Part shown: positions 63,095 to 64,000 of the stretch, one piece after another | How the letters are laid out: every line of letters begins with the position of its first letter | Position numbering within the stretch: the stretch's first letter is position 1 | Source of the DNA: Thermoplasmata archaeon | Lineage (GTDB): Archaea; Thermoplasmatota; Thermoplasmata; Lutacidiplasmatales; UBA184 | NCBI GenBank assembly: GCA_021816865.1 | Contig: JAKAWX010000001.1 | Location: 124,739-188,738 of the forward strand | Reading direction: 5' to 3' | Length of the DNA: 64,000 nt | Translations under genes and position numbers: made by a program | The notes under the pieces: model-generated | Databases searched by the model: none | The model's input: only the letters and a program-made list of their open reading frames with translations | Told to the model about the DNA's origin: nothing

Positions 63095-63579
63095 TCCTCG
63101 AGGAATTCGCATTCCTCGTCCTGGCCGCGGTCGCGGTCGTGACGGCGATCTCGTCGCTCCTCGTTCGAGAGCTCGTCCACACGATCCTCTGGATCGCGGT
63201 CTTCTTCGTCGACCTCTCGGCGATCTACTTCCTCCTCGAAGCGCCGTTCCTCGGAGTGCTCCAGCTCGGCGTCTATGCGGGGGCCGTGACGGTCCTGCTC
63301 CTCTTCGGGATCATGGTCACGCGGAAGCGGATCTTCTCGCGCGAGGCCGCGACCGGAATCGGCGCGGTCCCGTTCGCGCTCGCGGTCGTCACGTTCATCT
63401 TCCTGGTCGCGTCGGTCGGCGAGTTCCCGCAAGGATCGACGGGGATCCACGCGTACGACCCATCGTTCCTCTCGGAGAACCTGTTCAACGTCAACGGCCC
63501 CTGGCTCTTGCTCCTCGGCCTCATCATGCTGAGCGCGGTCGGCGGGGCGATCTACCTCGTACGGGAGGGGCGCGATTGA
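63091..63579 (+). CDS. nuoJ: NADH-quinone oxidoreductase subunit J
   Basis: The GTG at 63091 overlaps the nuoI stop (GTGA). FLGVLQLGVYAGAVTVLLLFGIMV is typical of NuoJ. Confidence 0.8.
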   Translation: MILEEFAFLVLAAVAVVTAISSLLVRELVHTILWIAVFFVDLSAIYFLLEAPFLGVLQLGVYAGAVTVLLLFGIMVTRKRIFSREAATGIGAVPFALAVVTFIFLVASVGEFPQGSTGIHAYDPSFLSENLFNVNGPWLLLLGLIMLSAVGGAIYLVREGRD

Positions 63580-63893
63580 CCGACCTCCCGATCGTCGGGT
63601 TCGTCGCGCTCTCGGCCGGCCTCCTCGCGATCGGCGTCTTCGGGATCCTCACGCGTCGCAACTTCATCCTCCTCCTGATCGCGATCGAGATCTCGATGAA
63701 CGCGGCGATCCTCAACTTCGTCTACTTCGGTGCCTACCTCGGCGGAACGCCGGGACTCACCGGCCAGTCGATCGCGGTGGTCCTGGTCGGCTTCGCGGCC
63801 ACCGAGGTCGCGGTCGGGCTCGGGATCGTGCTCGCGCTCAACCGCGTGAAGGGAACGATCAACGTCGAGAAGGCCACGGAACTCCGCCTCTAG
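63576..63893 (+). CDS. nuoK: NADH-quinone oxidoreductase subunit K
   Basis: The TTG at 63576 overlaps the nuoJ stop and is preceded by GGGAGGGG. GILTRRNFILLLIAIEISMNAAILNF and VGFAATEVAVGLGIVL are present. Confidence 0.8.
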   Translation: MTDLPIVGFVALSAGLLAIGVFGILTRRNFILLLIAIEISMNAAILNFVYFGAYLGGTPGLTGQSIAVVLVGFAATEVAVGLGIVLALNRVKGTINVEKATELRL

Positions 63894-63911
63894 GGGGGAT
63901 GGGGGACGAGC

Positions 63912-64000
63912 GGACTCACCGGACTCTTCGACTGGGCGTTCCTCGTCCCGCTCTTCATGGTCGCCGCGTTCGCGATCGTCGGGCTCGCCGGCACCCGGCT
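63912..64000 (+). CDS. nuoL: probable 5' end of NADH-quinone oxidoreductase subunit L (partial; start unresolved)
   Basis: The frame reads GLTGLFDWAFLVPLFMVAAFAIVGLAGTR, which resembles a NuoL N-terminus. There is no canonical start between the TAG at 63891 and the in-frame ATG at 63957. Confidence 0.4.

Overview
The window is a GC-rich archaeal chromosomal segment, roughly two-thirds G+C by eye. It is densely coded on both strands with about 65 protein genes. I found no rRNA, tRNA, CRISPR array, transposase or integrase.

Archaeal origin is supported by Sec61beta, Kae1, archaeosine tRNA-guanine transglycosylase, Taw1 and Trm5, PriS, FEN1, a PAC2 proteasome chaperone, Rio1 plus a KH protein, ApgM and class III (type IV pilin-like) signal peptides. 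TATA-like boxes also sit about 25-35 nt upstream of many starts, which suggests mostly leaderless mRNAs.

Most of the content is housekeeping:
- tRNA modification genes
- a reverse-transsulfuration, cysS and SAH hydrolase cluster
- PEP synthase
- a fused HADH/crotonase
- a YHS-CopA copper module next to an ABC-2 exporter
- an NfeD-stomatin pair
- an EFG-less nuoABCDHIJK(L) operon that runs off the right edge

The unusual part is 38.5-45.3 kb:
- a membrane protein with a zinc-ribbon tail
- two class III signal-peptide (pilin-like) proteins, one of which carries a PKD domain
- a gene-free, locally AT-rich region of about 1 kb, full of palindromes and GTCGAAC-type repeats
- a cassette made of a tandem ribbon-helix-helix protein, an FtsZ/tubulin-family GTPase that keeps only the N-terminal GTPase domain (no T7 loop or C-terminal subdomain), and a tiny two-TM protein

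I consider this cassette the best candidate for an undescribed system, either TubRZ-like DNA segregation or a membrane/cytoskeletal module.

Other notable loci:
- a 405-aa bactofilin-like beta-helix repeat protein coupled to a wHTH gene
- a 1092-aa surface protein with three cytoplasmic zinc ribbons
- a BlaI / BlaR1-like / surface-protein operon
- a NuoI with four Fe-S cluster motifs

All functional calls rest on by-eye motif and family recognition. No database search was run.
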